Source: Roseibacillus sp. (lineage in GTDB: Bacteria; Verrucomicrobiota; Verrucomicrobiia; Verrucomicrobiales; Akkermansiaceae). Taken from it: DNA of 64,000 nucleotides. Positions 47,575 through 57,093 of this stretch are shown one piece after another. The translations under genes were made by a program, and so were the position numbers. Positions within the stretch are counted from its first letter, which is position 1, and each line of letters starts with the position of its first letter. The stretch spans positions 192,001-256,000 of the forward strand of contig CBDEUM010000029.1 in NCBI GenBank assembly GCA_965242925.1. The letters are read 5' to 3'. The notes under the pieces were generated by a model. The model made no database searches. It was not told where the DNA came from and worked only from the letters and a program-made list of their open reading frames with translations.

Positions 47575-49002
47575 CTAGGCCCGGATCTGGTCGATGTTGC
47601 GGGTTTCACGCTTCGCAGGTCCCAATCGGCCCGGAGCACCCATGGTGCGGATCATGGTGTTGTAGACATCGAGGCCTTCCGCTCCGATATCCATGATCTG
47701 CCCGGTTTTGAAGAGGCCGTTAGCACTCGTAATGGCGTGGAACACGCCGGAGAGTTCGCGTTGCACGTTGTTGTGTCGTCCGTCGCCCGATTCGGTAGAG
47801 ATGGTGAAGAGGGAATTTTCCAGGATGCTTCTGCCGTTGGCTTCTCTTGTCTTGGCCAGGCGCTGGAGGAAGTAGGCGACCTCGTGCATCTTCATATGGG
47901 CGTGGGCCCGCAAGGCTTCATTCTTCGTCTTCTCGTTGAACTTGTGCCACCACTCATGGCTGCAGCCCTTGTCTCCCGTGGCATTCTGCTGACGCGCGTC
48001 GTCGAAAGTGAAAATCTTGCGGCCATTGTAGTGGTAGTCTCCCGTAAGGCGGATGCGTTCCCCGGCAGCCAGGAAGGTGAGAGATCCGAATCGCACCCGA
48101 TCGGTCTCGATGGCCAAGGCATACAGATCGGCCATCAGGCGCCACTCGGTGGTCAGTTCCTCAAGGGTGATGTCGATGCCCTGTCCTCCTGGATCGGCTG
48201 AGCCGCCGTGCAGGACCTGTGAGCGGGGAGGCCGCGCGGGCCCATCCTTCCTGCGCTTCATGGCATAGGCCCGCTGCTCGTACTCACGGATGCGCTCGAG
48301 GTGTTCAGTAACGCGCGCCCTGGAGGCGGATCCAAGCGGGGAATTATTGCCGGTGTAATAGCGGTACTCGTCGACCACCGAGTCAAGCACGCTGCGCTTG
48401 AGTCGCGCACGTCGGGCGTCGGGATTCTTGTCGTCAATGGTGACCGATCCGAACACGCGCTCGAAGAGATCCCGCGGGCGTTCCTGCATGGTGGCAGCGA
48501 CCGTGCCGTTCGGGTTGTAAGAGTGGACGTAGCGGCTCACCCGGCTGCGACGGAAGTAAGTGCCCCCCACAAGAGTGGGGACCATCCCGGCGGGCAATCC
48601 CCTGGGGTAGACACCGTGGCGGATCATCTGGTCGAGAGAGGCCCCGCCCGATTTCGCCTCGCCGTTGGGTGGGGTGGCGGTGAAGGCTCCTGAGGCACCG
48701 TCGAAGTGGGCATTGATTCCGCTTTCATCACAGCGAACCTGGTTCACCTCCCGCATGATGAGAAGTTTGTCACGGAGGGGCTTGAGAGGTTCCAGGACAC
48801 TATCGAAGCCCTCGCTCTGGATTGGTTTCGGGATGCCGAGTCCGAAAAATACATTGAAGGCCCGGACGGGAATTCCCCCATTCGCCGGGGCTGGTGTGGC
48901 CAGAGCCCTCGAGACGAGCATTTCCTCCAGGAAAGGCAGCCCAATGGTGGCGGCACCAACTCCGCGAAGCATGGTGCGGCGATTGATGCTGTTCTTTTTC
49001 AT
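47575..49002 (-). CDS. DUF1552 family protein, Tat-exported
   Basis: INRRTMLRGVGAATIGLPFLEEM; VLEPLKPLRDKL; SLDQ; PRDLFERVFG; SVLDSV; EANGRSILENS. Lies directly downstream of a DUF1592-type gene. Confidence 0.85.
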   Translation of the reverse strand: MKKNSINRRTMLRGVGAATIGLPFLEEMLVSRALATPAPANGGIPVRAFNVFFGLGIPKPIQSEGFDSVLEPLKPLRDKLLIMREVNQVRCDESGINAHFDGASGAFTATPPNGEAKSGGASLDQMIRHGVYPRGLPAGMVPTLVGGTYFRRSRVSRYVHSYNPNGTVAATMQERPRDLFERVFGSVTIDDKNPDARRARLKRSVLDSVVDEYRYYTGNNSPLGSASRARVTEHLERIREYEQRAYAMKRRKDGPARPPRSQVLHGGSADPGGQGIDITLEELTTEWRLMADLYALAIETDRVRFGSLTFLAAGERIRLTGDYHYNGRKIFTFDDARQQNATGDKGCSHEWWHKFNEKTKNEALRAHAHMKMHEVAYFLQRLAKTREANGRSILENSLFTISTESGDGRHNNVQRELSGVFHAITSANGLFKTGQIMDIGAEGLDVYNTMIRTMGAPGRLGPAKRETRNIDQIRA

Positions 49003-49057
49003 GGCAGCCAATGCTGATATCTCATTATCCACTGGAAAGGAAGTTGGGAATGCAGGG

Positions 49058-51691
49058 TTACTGCGCTTCGGTCCGGGTCAGGCGCACGAGATCGCTGGTA
49101 ATCAGGGCCGTCATGAGGGCTGGCCACGTGCCGCCCTTCTTCTGTGCCTCGGCGTGGATTTTCTGCACGACGGGAGCATCTCGGAAGCCGAGGGGACGTC
49201 CGAGCGAGAATTGGCACACCTTCCAGATCAGGGACTCGCGCACCCGGTCGTTTGTGGCGAGGAGATCCATCAACTCGGCTGCCGACTTGTATGCCACCGG
49301 TCTGGCCTGGCCAGGGAAGAGCACTTCCCCATCCTCCCGCAGACTGTTGTCGTGCGAATCCTTCTCGTGAAAAGTGCCCAGCCCGTCGTACTTTTCGAGA
49401 GCAAAGGCGAGCGGTTCGAACTTTGAGTGGCAGCCACCACAGGACTTGTCTGCAATGCGTTTCTCAGCCGCACCCCGATGCGAAAGACCAGGCCGGGCCG
49501 GAACGGGAGCGGTGTCCGCCTCGGGTGGGGGATCCTTTACCACCCCTCGCAGAAGGTTGTTCATGACGAAGAGACCGCGGGTGACCATGGAGGCGTCATC
49601 CCCTCCCATGGTAAGAACGCTACCCTGGGTGAGAAGACCGCCCCGGGCCGGATTGGCAGAGAGGTCGTAGCGTTCGGCTTGCTCCTCGCCTGCCCGTTCC
49701 TCCGGGGTAATACGGCCACTGTAATGATCGGCGAGGCGGGGAGTCAGGAAGGTGACCTGGGCGTTGAACAGGTCGGTGAGAGGACGTTTCTCAGTCCAGA
49801 CTACTTCCTTGAAGAAGCTGATGGTTTCCCGGCGCATGTCCTCTGCCAATCGTGTGTTCCAGCGGGGAAATTTTTTGGGATCCGGACGCATATTGGCGAG
49901 GCGTCGAAGGTTCAGCCACTGTTCCAGGAACTGCACCGAGCGTTCGATGGCACGGGGATCCTCAAGCATGCGGCCGACCTGCCTGGCGAGCACATCCGGA
50001 TCCGGGAGGTTGCCGTCCCGGGCGGCACGCATCAATTCCTCATCGGGAGAGGCACCCCAGATGATGTAGCTCAGGCGGGAAGCCAGCTCGTAGTCGTCCA
50101 CCGGCCAGGATGATCCGTCGCCGCGCTGGTTCTCGATCCGATAGATGAAGCGGGGAGACTGCAGCATGGCCTGAATGATGTAGCCGACCGCTTCCTTCAG
50201 GCTGCCACTCCCGGCCGCGACCGCAGTAGAGACTCCACGGTAGGTGATGATCTCGCGTTGCTCGAGAGGTCCTCGCAGGATCCATGTGCCCATGGGGCGG
50301 ATGAGTGCCTCCATGCTCTTGTCGGTGAAGCGGCGATCGCGTGAGAAGCGCGCAGCGAATTTCTCGGGATCCATCCGACCCACGATGATTTCGGCCAGCC
50401 TGGCGTAGGCCTCAATGTGCTTGAGATCAACACTGAGATTGTAGGCGGTGTTGGCAAACCCGTCTGCGCGGAGATCGGGGGGAAGGATCTTGTGCGCTTC
50501 CGCCGTGATATCGACACCCACGGTGGCCTTTACGGTTGCGATATATTCTTCCACGGTGAGCCGCTGGATCCACTGCTCTCCGATCCCGCCACTGCTCTGC
50601 ACGTAGTTGGCGGGATCGATGCGAGCGAGAGGCCAGACTGCCCCGCCCTCGATCCACTTCCTGAGGGTAGCCTTCTGCTCCTTGTTCAGCGGGTCATTAT
50701 CCTCAGGCATCTCGTCGTGAAAGACGGTCTCCCAGAGCAGGCTCTGTTCAGGATTGCCGGGGACGATCGAAATGCCGTCCTTGAGGGTAACGAAGGCGGT
50801 TGACCTGCGGGTGAGGTCGAGCTTGCCCTTCCGGGTGCCCGGGTCGTGGCACTCGATGCAGTGGTTGGCGAGAATGGGAGCGACTTTGTTCTCGAAGTGT
50901 ATGGCCCGGGGATCACGTTGCCCGGGGACCACCTCTCCTTCGGACGGCCCGGCCTTGAAATTGGCCATCACCTCGGATGAGGAGAGCCCGCGGCTGTAAA
51001 CGGCTACGAGGTGGTAACTACCCAGCCAGGGCCGGCTGCCATCCCTCTCGTTTCCCAGGAGGAGGTGGTAGTCCTGATTCCAATTGGCGGGATCTCCGGG
51101 AATGGATGTTTCGGCCGCCTTTTTGCCATTGAGGTAGATCCGGCTCCTGCCCGAGCGTTCCCTGGTGTAGATCAGGTGGGTGAGTCGGGTGGTCAGGCTG
51201 CGCGTTCCGGTGGAGAGGGAAGGGATGCCATTGTTGCTTGTCCTGGTAGAGCGGAAGCGCACGTCGAACTTGTCGCCATCCTGTCCCAGAGTGATGTTAC
51301 GGTTGGTGCTGTTGTGGGAAAGCGAAACGATACGGGCCGGACCGCTCTGCCTGGTGTCCGCAGGTTTGATCCAGGCTTCTACCGTGATCTCGCCGCTGCG
51401 CTTGACCGCCTCGACCAACCGGCGGGCTGGTTTGTGCGACTGCACGAGGGTCCCCCTGCGGATCTTGAGAGTTCCCTTCGAGCGGCCCACGCCCTTGGCG
51501 TCACCGAGACGCAGGTCGATTGGTTGCCCGGTTCCTGAGCGGTCCTTGATGACGGGACCGCTGGCGGAGCTGAAGTCATAGAGCGCCTGCAAGTCGCGGG
51601 TGGCACGCTGGGCCGGAGCCTGGGAACTGCCCACCCCTGCCAGAATCGAGATCAGGGCCCACGCAGGCAGGATTAGGCGGCTAGCGCGCAT
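49058..51691 (-). CDS. LamG-like + PSCyt1 cytochrome c + DUF1587/1595/1592/1588/1585 (PSD/PSCyt3) protein
   Basis: Signal peptide from ATG 51691; ITVEAWIKP..ARIVSL (LamG); CIECH; RLTVEEY; LQSPRFIYR; YELASRLSYIIW; RGGLLTQ; CGGCH. Confidence 0.87.
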   Translation of the reverse strand: MRASRLILPAWALISILAGVGSSQAPAQRATRDLQALYDFSSASGPVIKDRSGTGQPIDLRLGDAKGVGRSKGTLKIRRGTLVQSHKPARRLVEAVKRSGEITVEAWIKPADTRQSGPARIVSLSHNSTNRNITLGQDGDKFDVRFRSTRTSNNGIPSLSTGTRSLTTRLTHLIYTRERSGRSRIYLNGKKAAETSIPGDPANWNQDYHLLLGNERDGSRPWLGSYHLVAVYSRGLSSSEVMANFKAGPSEGEVVPGQRDPRAIHFENKVAPILANHCIECHDPGTRKGKLDLTRRSTAFVTLKDGISIVPGNPEQSLLWETVFHDEMPEDNDPLNKEQKATLRKWIEGGAVWPLARIDPANYVQSSGGIGEQWIQRLTVEEYIATVKATVGVDITAEAHKILPPDLRADGFANTAYNLSVDLKHIEAYARLAEIIVGRMDPEKFAARFSRDRRFTDKSMEALIRPMGTWILRGPLEQREIITYRGVSTAVAAGSGSLKEAVGYIIQAMLQSPRFIYRIENQRGDGSSWPVDDYELASRLSYIIWGASPDEELMRAARDGNLPDPDVLARQVGRMLEDPRAIERSVQFLEQWLNLRRLANMRPDPKKFPRWNTRLAEDMRRETISFFKEVVWTEKRPLTDLFNAQVTFLTPRLADHYSGRITPEERAGEEQAERYDLSANPARGGLLTQGSVLTMGGDDASMVTRGLFVMNNLLRGVVKDPPPEADTAPVPARPGLSHRGAAEKRIADKSCGGCHSKFEPLAFALEKYDGLGTFHEKDSHDNSLREDGEVLFPGQARPVAYKSAAELMDLLATNDRVRESLIWKVCQFSLGRPLGFRDAPVVQKIHAEAQKKGGTWPALMTALITSDLVRLTRTEAQ

Positions 51692-51746
51692 GGCAATGGA
51701 TAAAGGCTGTTGGAGGAGCCGTTTTGCGGGCTGGTCCACCTTGCCC

Positions 51747-52637
51747 TTACTTGATGACGCCGGAGAGATCATAGGCGGTGACCTTGTTCTCCAGCATCTG
51801 GGGGACGATGAGCAGTTTCTTCTTGGAGAGGTAGGCGATGTCGGCCGAGCCCTTGGGAAGATCGAGGACGGAGGTGACCGCGCCCTTGGCACTGATGTGG
51901 AGGACCGCGCCTTCGATCCAGTCGGTGACGAGGAAGCCCCCCTTGCCATCCAGTTCGAGGCCGTCCAGATTGCCCACAGTTGCCTTGGTAACGGGTTGCA
52001 CCTTGCGGGTGCGGAGGTCGAGAGCAAGGAGGCGTCCGAGCGTCAGGGTCTCAAAGGACGCCTGGATGTCGCGTCCCCAGCCCGCAATGTAAAGAGTGCC
52101 TCCGTTCACCAGCAGGCCATTGGGGCTGTCCAGTTCGACTCCTGAAGCCACCTTGGAAACCTTGCCTCCCTGAAGGGCGTAGATTGTACTGGCGAGCATG
52201 TCGGAAACGAGGACGCTGCCCCGTTTTGTGATCGCAACATCATTGAGGAACTTCGCCCCGGCTACCTCGTGGATCGCGTGCGTGGTGGCGTTTTCGATGG
52301 TGATGCCGACCAGGCGGTCAATGTCGGCGACCCAGAGCACTCCCCCGCTGGAGCGCAGCCCCTTGGGGGCGTTCAACCCTGAGAACCACCGTGGGTTGAC
52401 CACGGTTCCGTCCGGCTTGAGAATGGAGATCACCCCATCGCCATCCTTGCCCAGGCCTCCTCCCTCACCGACCTGTGACAGGAAGATGTTGCCGGTCTCC
52501 TTGTCAAAGTAGGCACTCTCCGGGGACTTGATTCCCTTGGAGAGCTCCCAAACCACCTTGGGAGCCTGGGCAGCGGCCGGGATGACGAGCGTGACAATTG
52601 CGGAACCGACTGTGAGAAAAGTGCGAGGAGTCTTCAT
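51747..52637 (-). CDS. Exported SMP-30/gluconolactonase-like six-bladed beta-propeller
   Basis: Signal peptide; SPESAYFD, LNAPKG, FLNDV, SPNGL, NLDGL, SADI motifs. Confidence 0.82.
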   Translation of the reverse strand: MKTPRTFLTVGSAIVTLVIPAAAQAPKVVWELSKGIKSPESAYFDKETGNIFLSQVGEGGGLGKDGDGVISILKPDGTVVNPRWFSGLNAPKGLRSSGGVLWVADIDRLVGITIENATTHAIHEVAGAKFLNDVAITKRGSVLVSDMLASTIYALQGGKVSKVASGVELDSPNGLLVNGGTLYIAGWGRDIQASFETLTLGRLLALDLRTRKVQPVTKATVGNLDGLELDGKGGFLVTDWIEGAVLHISAKGAVTSVLDLPKGSADIAYLSKKKLLIVPQMLENKVTAYDLSGVIK

Positions 52638-52836
52638 GGCTGGGGAGTGAATCTAGGGCCGGAATTCGTCACTGCCCAGTGGATTTTCGGGGGATGGGAG
52701 TGGCACCGGACGCCTCCCCGGGAGTTCAAAGGACCTGAAATCCGGGCGGGGAGGGCAAACTCCGGGTCCAGGGACCCGGAGGTTTCGCCGGGATGTGTGT
52801 CTTGACGAAGGGACGTGCAGGGACTGAGCTAGTGGG

Positions 52837-55779
52837 ATGAACGCGCGCCCACTACGTCTCGCCCTTTCGGTCGGCTTGCTTTCCCTGGCGGTTACGCATG
52901 CCGAGCCGCCCAAGGAGGCTGCCTTCAAGTATCTCTCACCCAAGGAAGCGATCGCCAAGATGACGCACCCTGAGGGCTTCGTGGTGAATGCCTTCGCGGC
53001 GGAGCCCGATTGCCAGCAGCCCTTCGCCTTCACCTTTGACGAGCGGGGCCGGATCTGGCTTTGCGAGAACCTGAACTACGAGACGCGGGGATCGGACCTC
53101 TACAAGCTCGGTCCACAGGGCCGTATCGTGATCCTGACCGACACCGATGGCGATGGAGAGATGGACGAGCGCAAGGTCTTCAAGGACAAGGTCATGTTTC
53201 CCACCGGAATCGCACTGGGACACGGTGGGGTATGGGTCGGTTCACCGCCGAACCTGCTCTTTATTCCGGACCGCAACCGCGACGACATTCCCGATGGCGA
53301 GCCTGAGATCAAGCTCGATGGATGGGGACGGCAGGACCGTCACGAGACCCTCAACAGTTTCCTCTGGGGACCGGACGGCTGGCTCTACGGCACCCACGGG
53401 GTCTTCACCCACTCGAACGTGGGCAGGCCCGGCGCACCCGACAGCGAACGCCAGCGCATCAATGCCGGGGTCTGGCGCTATCATCCCCTCAACGAGAAGT
53501 TCGAGGTCTTCGCCTGGGGCACGAGCAATCCGTGGGGTCTCGACTTTGACGAGAACGGTCAGGCCTTTGTGACCGCCTGTGTCATTCCGCACCTCTTCCA
53601 CATGATCCAGGGAGGTCGCTACCACCGGCAGGGAGGCAAGCATTTCAATCCCTACGTCTACAATGATATCAAGACCATCGCGGATCATCGGCACGCTTCC
53701 GCCCATGGAGGGGCGCGTTTCTACCTCGCGGACCAGTTCCCGGAGAAGTACCGCAAGAAGCTCTTCATGTGCAATATCCACCTGCACGGGGTGCTGGTCG
53801 ATGACGTCAAGCGCAAGGGTTCCGGCTACACCGCCAGCCACGGTGAAGAGTTCTGCATGTCGAACGATCCGCAGTGGCTGGGATTCAACATGGAGATCGG
53901 TCCTGACGGATCGGTCTATGCCATCGACTGGCACGACTCCGACATCTGCGGGCGCAAGGTACTCCATCGCAAGACCGGGCGTGTCTGGCGGATCAGCTGG
54001 GGCAAGGCCAAGTTCCCGGTGGGAATGGACCTTACCAGGCTGCCTGACGAGAAGCTGGTCGAGATGCATCTTCATGCCAACGAGTGGTACGTGCGGCAGG
54101 CCCGTCGGCTCCTGCAGGAGCGTGCCCTGGCGGGCAGGATCAAGCCGGCCACCCTGGCAGGACTGCGGAGGATCCTCGATGGTCATGCCGATCCGGCACG
54201 GCGCCTGCGGGCGATGTGGACCCTGCAGCTGGTTGGGGGGCTGGGCGATGTCATGCTGGCCCCGCTTCTCGATGACAAGGCCGAGTATATCCGGGCCTGG
54301 GCCATCCAGTTGATCGCGGAAGACAAGCGGGTGCCCGATGCGGTGCTCCAGAAGTGGGCCGTGATGGCGAGGGAGGACAAGAGCGCGGCGGTTCGTCTCT
54401 TTCTGGCCTCGGCCATGCAGCGCCTTGAGCACGACAAGCGCTGGGATGTCCTCACCGCTCTGGTGGCCCACGGAGAGGACAAGGATGATCACAACCTGCC
54501 CCTTCTGATCTGGTATGCCCTCGAGCCGCTGGTGGTTCTCGATGAGGACAGGACCGCGGCGGTAGTGGCAGCCTGCAAGTTCGACAAGATCAAGGGTTTC
54601 ATCGAGCGTCGGCGGAAGGCCGGCGGCAAGTCAGCCACCGCCAAGCCCAAGCCCAGGGGACCGAAAGCCAGGCCTGCGGTATCGGTTCCCGATACGGGCC
54701 TGGTGCTGCACCTCAAAGCCGGGGACATTGCCAGCGGTGGAAAGTGGGGTGGAGCCACCCAGGCCCAGGCGGCCTTCCGACCCTCCGTGGTGGCGTCCCT
54801 CGGCGGACGGCGCGCCTACAAGTTCGACGGTGCAGATGACCGTCTCGAGATTCCCCACCGGGCCGAGCTGGCCTTCGGGAAGAACGAGGCTTACTCCCTG
54901 GCGGCCTGGGTTTACTGCGAAGGGGCCGGTAATGGTTGGACTGCGCTGGTCAACAAGTCGCGGGAGAAGTCCCGGTGGTATGGCCTGTGGATTGACCCGG
55001 CGGGCAACTGGCTCATGGGGGGGGAAAAGGCCAACGTGGAGGGAACCCGGGTGACGACCGGGTGGCATCATGTCTGCATGACCCAGGACAAGGGAGAGAG
55101 GTTCCTGTTCGTGGATGGTCACCTTGCGGCCTATGGCGCCGGGTCGGTGGCTGCCGACGGGGCAGGTGTGCTCTGGATCGGGGGCGCTCCCTCGGTAGAG
55201 GAGTTTTTCCGGGGAGGAATCAACGAAGTGCGCATTTACCGCCGGGCCCTCAGCGCAGGGGAAGTAAGTTATCTCTCCGATCAGCCGGTGGGGCTGGCGA
55301 GTCGCGGGGCGCGGGCGGAGGAGAGAACCCCGGAATTGTTTGCGCACTACCGGGATCTCCTATCCGATAAGAGCCTCAGGGGAGCGGATCTGGAGCATGG
55401 TCATTTTGTTTTCACGGAGAGCTGTGGCCGCTGTCACACCGTGAACGGAGAGGGGGGAACGGCGGGTCCAGCCCTCAGCGGCAGTGAACTCGGGAACCTG
55501 GAGTATCTTCTTCCACATGTTCTCGATCCCGATGGCGAGATTGATGAGGACTACCGCTACTACAAGTTCGAGTTGAGGGACGAGCGGGTGGTCCTGGGGG
55601 TGATTGCCGGGGAGAGTGAGCAGAGCTACACCCTGGAGTCCAACGTGGGTCGTTTTGAACTGGAGAAGGCCAGCATTGCCCACCGGGATGTCCTTCCCTA
55701 CTCCCTGATGCCCGATGCGGTCTTCCAGACCATGACGGATACCGAGGTGCGCGACCTGGTGGCTTTCCTGCGCAAGTGA
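52837..55779 (+). CDS. PVC-type membrane-bound dehydrogenase / heme CxxCH protein with inserted LamG domain
   Basis: Signal peptide; FDERGRIW, DTDGDG, GPDGWLYG, SNPWG; HEAT-like region; FDGADD..SLAAWV..WHHV..EVRIYRRALS (LamG); CGRCH..SLMP. Confidence 0.88.
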   Translation: MNARPLRLALSVGLLSLAVTHAEPPKEAAFKYLSPKEAIAKMTHPEGFVVNAFAAEPDCQQPFAFTFDERGRIWLCENLNYETRGSDLYKLGPQGRIVILTDTDGDGEMDERKVFKDKVMFPTGIALGHGGVWVGSPPNLLFIPDRNRDDIPDGEPEIKLDGWGRQDRHETLNSFLWGPDGWLYGTHGVFTHSNVGRPGAPDSERQRINAGVWRYHPLNEKFEVFAWGTSNPWGLDFDENGQAFVTACVIPHLFHMIQGGRYHRQGGKHFNPYVYNDIKTIADHRHASAHGGARFYLADQFPEKYRKKLFMCNIHLHGVLVDDVKRKGSGYTASHGEEFCMSNDPQWLGFNMEIGPDGSVYAIDWHDSDICGRKVLHRKTGRVWRISWGKAKFPVGMDLTRLPDEKLVEMHLHANEWYVRQARRLLQERALAGRIKPATLAGLRRILDGHADPARRLRAMWTLQLVGGLGDVMLAPLLDDKAEYIRAWAIQLIAEDKRVPDAVLQKWAVMAREDKSAAVRLFLASAMQRLEHDKRWDVLTALVAHGEDKDDHNLPLLIWYALEPLVVLDEDRTAAVVAACKFDKIKGFIERRRKAGGKSATAKPKPRGPKARPAVSVPDTGLVLHLKAGDIASGGKWGGATQAQAAFRPSVVASLGGRRAYKFDGADDRLEIPHRAELAFGKNEAYSLAAWVYCEGAGNGWTALVNKSREKSRWYGLWIDPAGNWLMGGEKANVEGTRVTTGWHHVCMTQDKGERFLFVDGHLAAYGAGSVAADGAGVLWIGGAPSVEEFFRGGINEVRIYRRALSAGEVSYLSDQPVGLASRGARAEERTPELFAHYRDLLSDKSLRGADLEHGHFVFTESCGRCHTVNGEGGTAGPALSGSELGNLEYLLPHVLDPDGEIDEDYRYYKFELRDERVVLGVIAGESEQSYTLESNVGRFELEKASIAHRDVLPYSLMPDAVFQTMTDTEVRDLVAFLRK

Positions 55780-55824
55780 GTGACAGGCAAACTGACTGGT
55801 TGCTTGCAGCCCTAGTGTATCGGC

Positions 55825-57009
55825 ATGATTTATCTCGATTCCAACGCGACTTCGCAGGTGCACCCGGAGGTGGTGGAGGCGATGCTGCCCTATCTCACCG
55901 ACCAGTGGTATAATCCCTCCAGCGGATATCGATCCGCCCGGGCGGTCAAACAGGCCATCACCACGGCGCGGGAGCAGGTGGCGGCCCTGATCAACGCCCA
56001 CCCGGAGGAGATCGTCTTCACCGGTTGCGGCACGGAATCGAACAACATGACTCTCAAGTGGCTGGCCCGTCTGGTGGGTCGCGAGGAATCGAGGATCGTG
56101 ACCAGTGTGATCGAACACAGCGCGGTATTGCGCCCCTGCGAGGCGATGGAGGCGGTGGGCTACGAGGTGTCTCAGTGTGCGGTGAAGCCGGATGGCCGTC
56201 TCGACCTGGACGAATTTGCCAGACTGGTGGATGCGGAACGCCCGGGATTTGCCTCGGTGATGTGGTCCAACAACGAGACCGGGGTCATCAACCCGGTGGC
56301 GGAGGCCTGTGCCATTGCCGGGGAGGCGGGCTGGGCCTTTCACACCGATGCCATCCAGGCGGTTGGGAAGATGCCGGTCGATGTCAGGGCGGTCCCGGTT
56401 GATTTCCTCTCCCTGAGTGGGCACAAATTCCATGCCCCCAAGGGCGTGGGCGCGCTCTACGTCCGCGAGGGTATTCGTTTTGAACCGATGATCCGCGGCG
56501 GCGGCCAGGAGGATGGGCGGCGCAGCGGGACGGAGAACGTGCCCTTCATCATCGGCCTGGGAAAGGCCGCCGAGATCATGAAGGCGGAACTGGAACGCGA
56601 CGGGCACGCCGACGTGCGCCGCCGCCGCGACCGTTTCGAGGAGAGGCTGATGAGCGAAATCGAGGGCGTGACCCTGAACGGATCCCGCGAGCATCGGGCG
56701 GGCAACATCGTGCACGCTTCCTTCGAGAATTGCGAAGCAGCCGGCCTGCTCATTCTCCTCGACGAGGCGGGGGTGCAGTGCTCGGCGGGGAGTGCCTGCA
56801 TGACCGGCAAGCAGCAGCCCAGCCACGTGCAGAAGGCGATGGGCCTTTCCGACGAGCAGGCCAGGAGCAGCCTGCGCATTTCCCTTTCAATCTTCACCAC
56901 TGACGAGGACGTGGAGGAGGCCGCCACCGCGGTGGCCCGGGCGGTGCACAAGCTGCGGAGCGTGCAGGGCCCCCCGGGGGTGGGTCCGGTCGCGGTCTAC
57001 GGTGGCTAG
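55825..57009 (+). CDS. Cysteine desulfurase (NifS/IscS class I)
   Basis: IYLDSNATS, FTGCGTESNN, HTDAIQ, SGHKFH (PLP Lys), RSGTEN, SAGSAC. Confidence 0.93.
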   Translation: MIYLDSNATSQVHPEVVEAMLPYLTDQWYNPSSGYRSARAVKQAITTAREQVAALINAHPEEIVFTGCGTESNNMTLKWLARLVGREESRIVTSVIEHSAVLRPCEAMEAVGYEVSQCAVKPDGRLDLDEFARLVDAERPGFASVMWSNNETGVINPVAEACAIAGEAGWAFHTDAIQAVGKMPVDVRAVPVDFLSLSGHKFHAPKGVGALYVREGIRFEPMIRGGGQEDGRRSGTENVPFIIGLGKAAEIMKAELERDGHADVRRRRDRFEERLMSEIEGVTLNGSREHRAGNIVHASFENCEAAGLLILLDEAGVQCSAGSACMTGKQQPSHVQKAMGLSDEQARSSLRISLSIFTTDEDVEEAATAVARAVHKLRSVQGPPGVGPVAVYGG

Positions 57010-57093
57010 TGGGAGGGGACATGCTGGAGCTACCTCGCGGCTTGACGAGTGCGCACTGCTGCCGCAGTCTCCGCGCCCCACCAAGATACCATC

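Noticed and set aside
51692..52027. N-terminal extension of the 989-aa ORF
   Set aside because: Out-of-frame overlap with the SMP-30-like gene; a signal peptide begins at ATG 51691.
55825..57009. Cysteine desulfurase as DndA of a phosphorothioation system or part of an isc/nif operon
   Set aside because: No dnd/ssp, iscU or nifU genes nearby; the neighbours are ilvC and a dehydrogenase.
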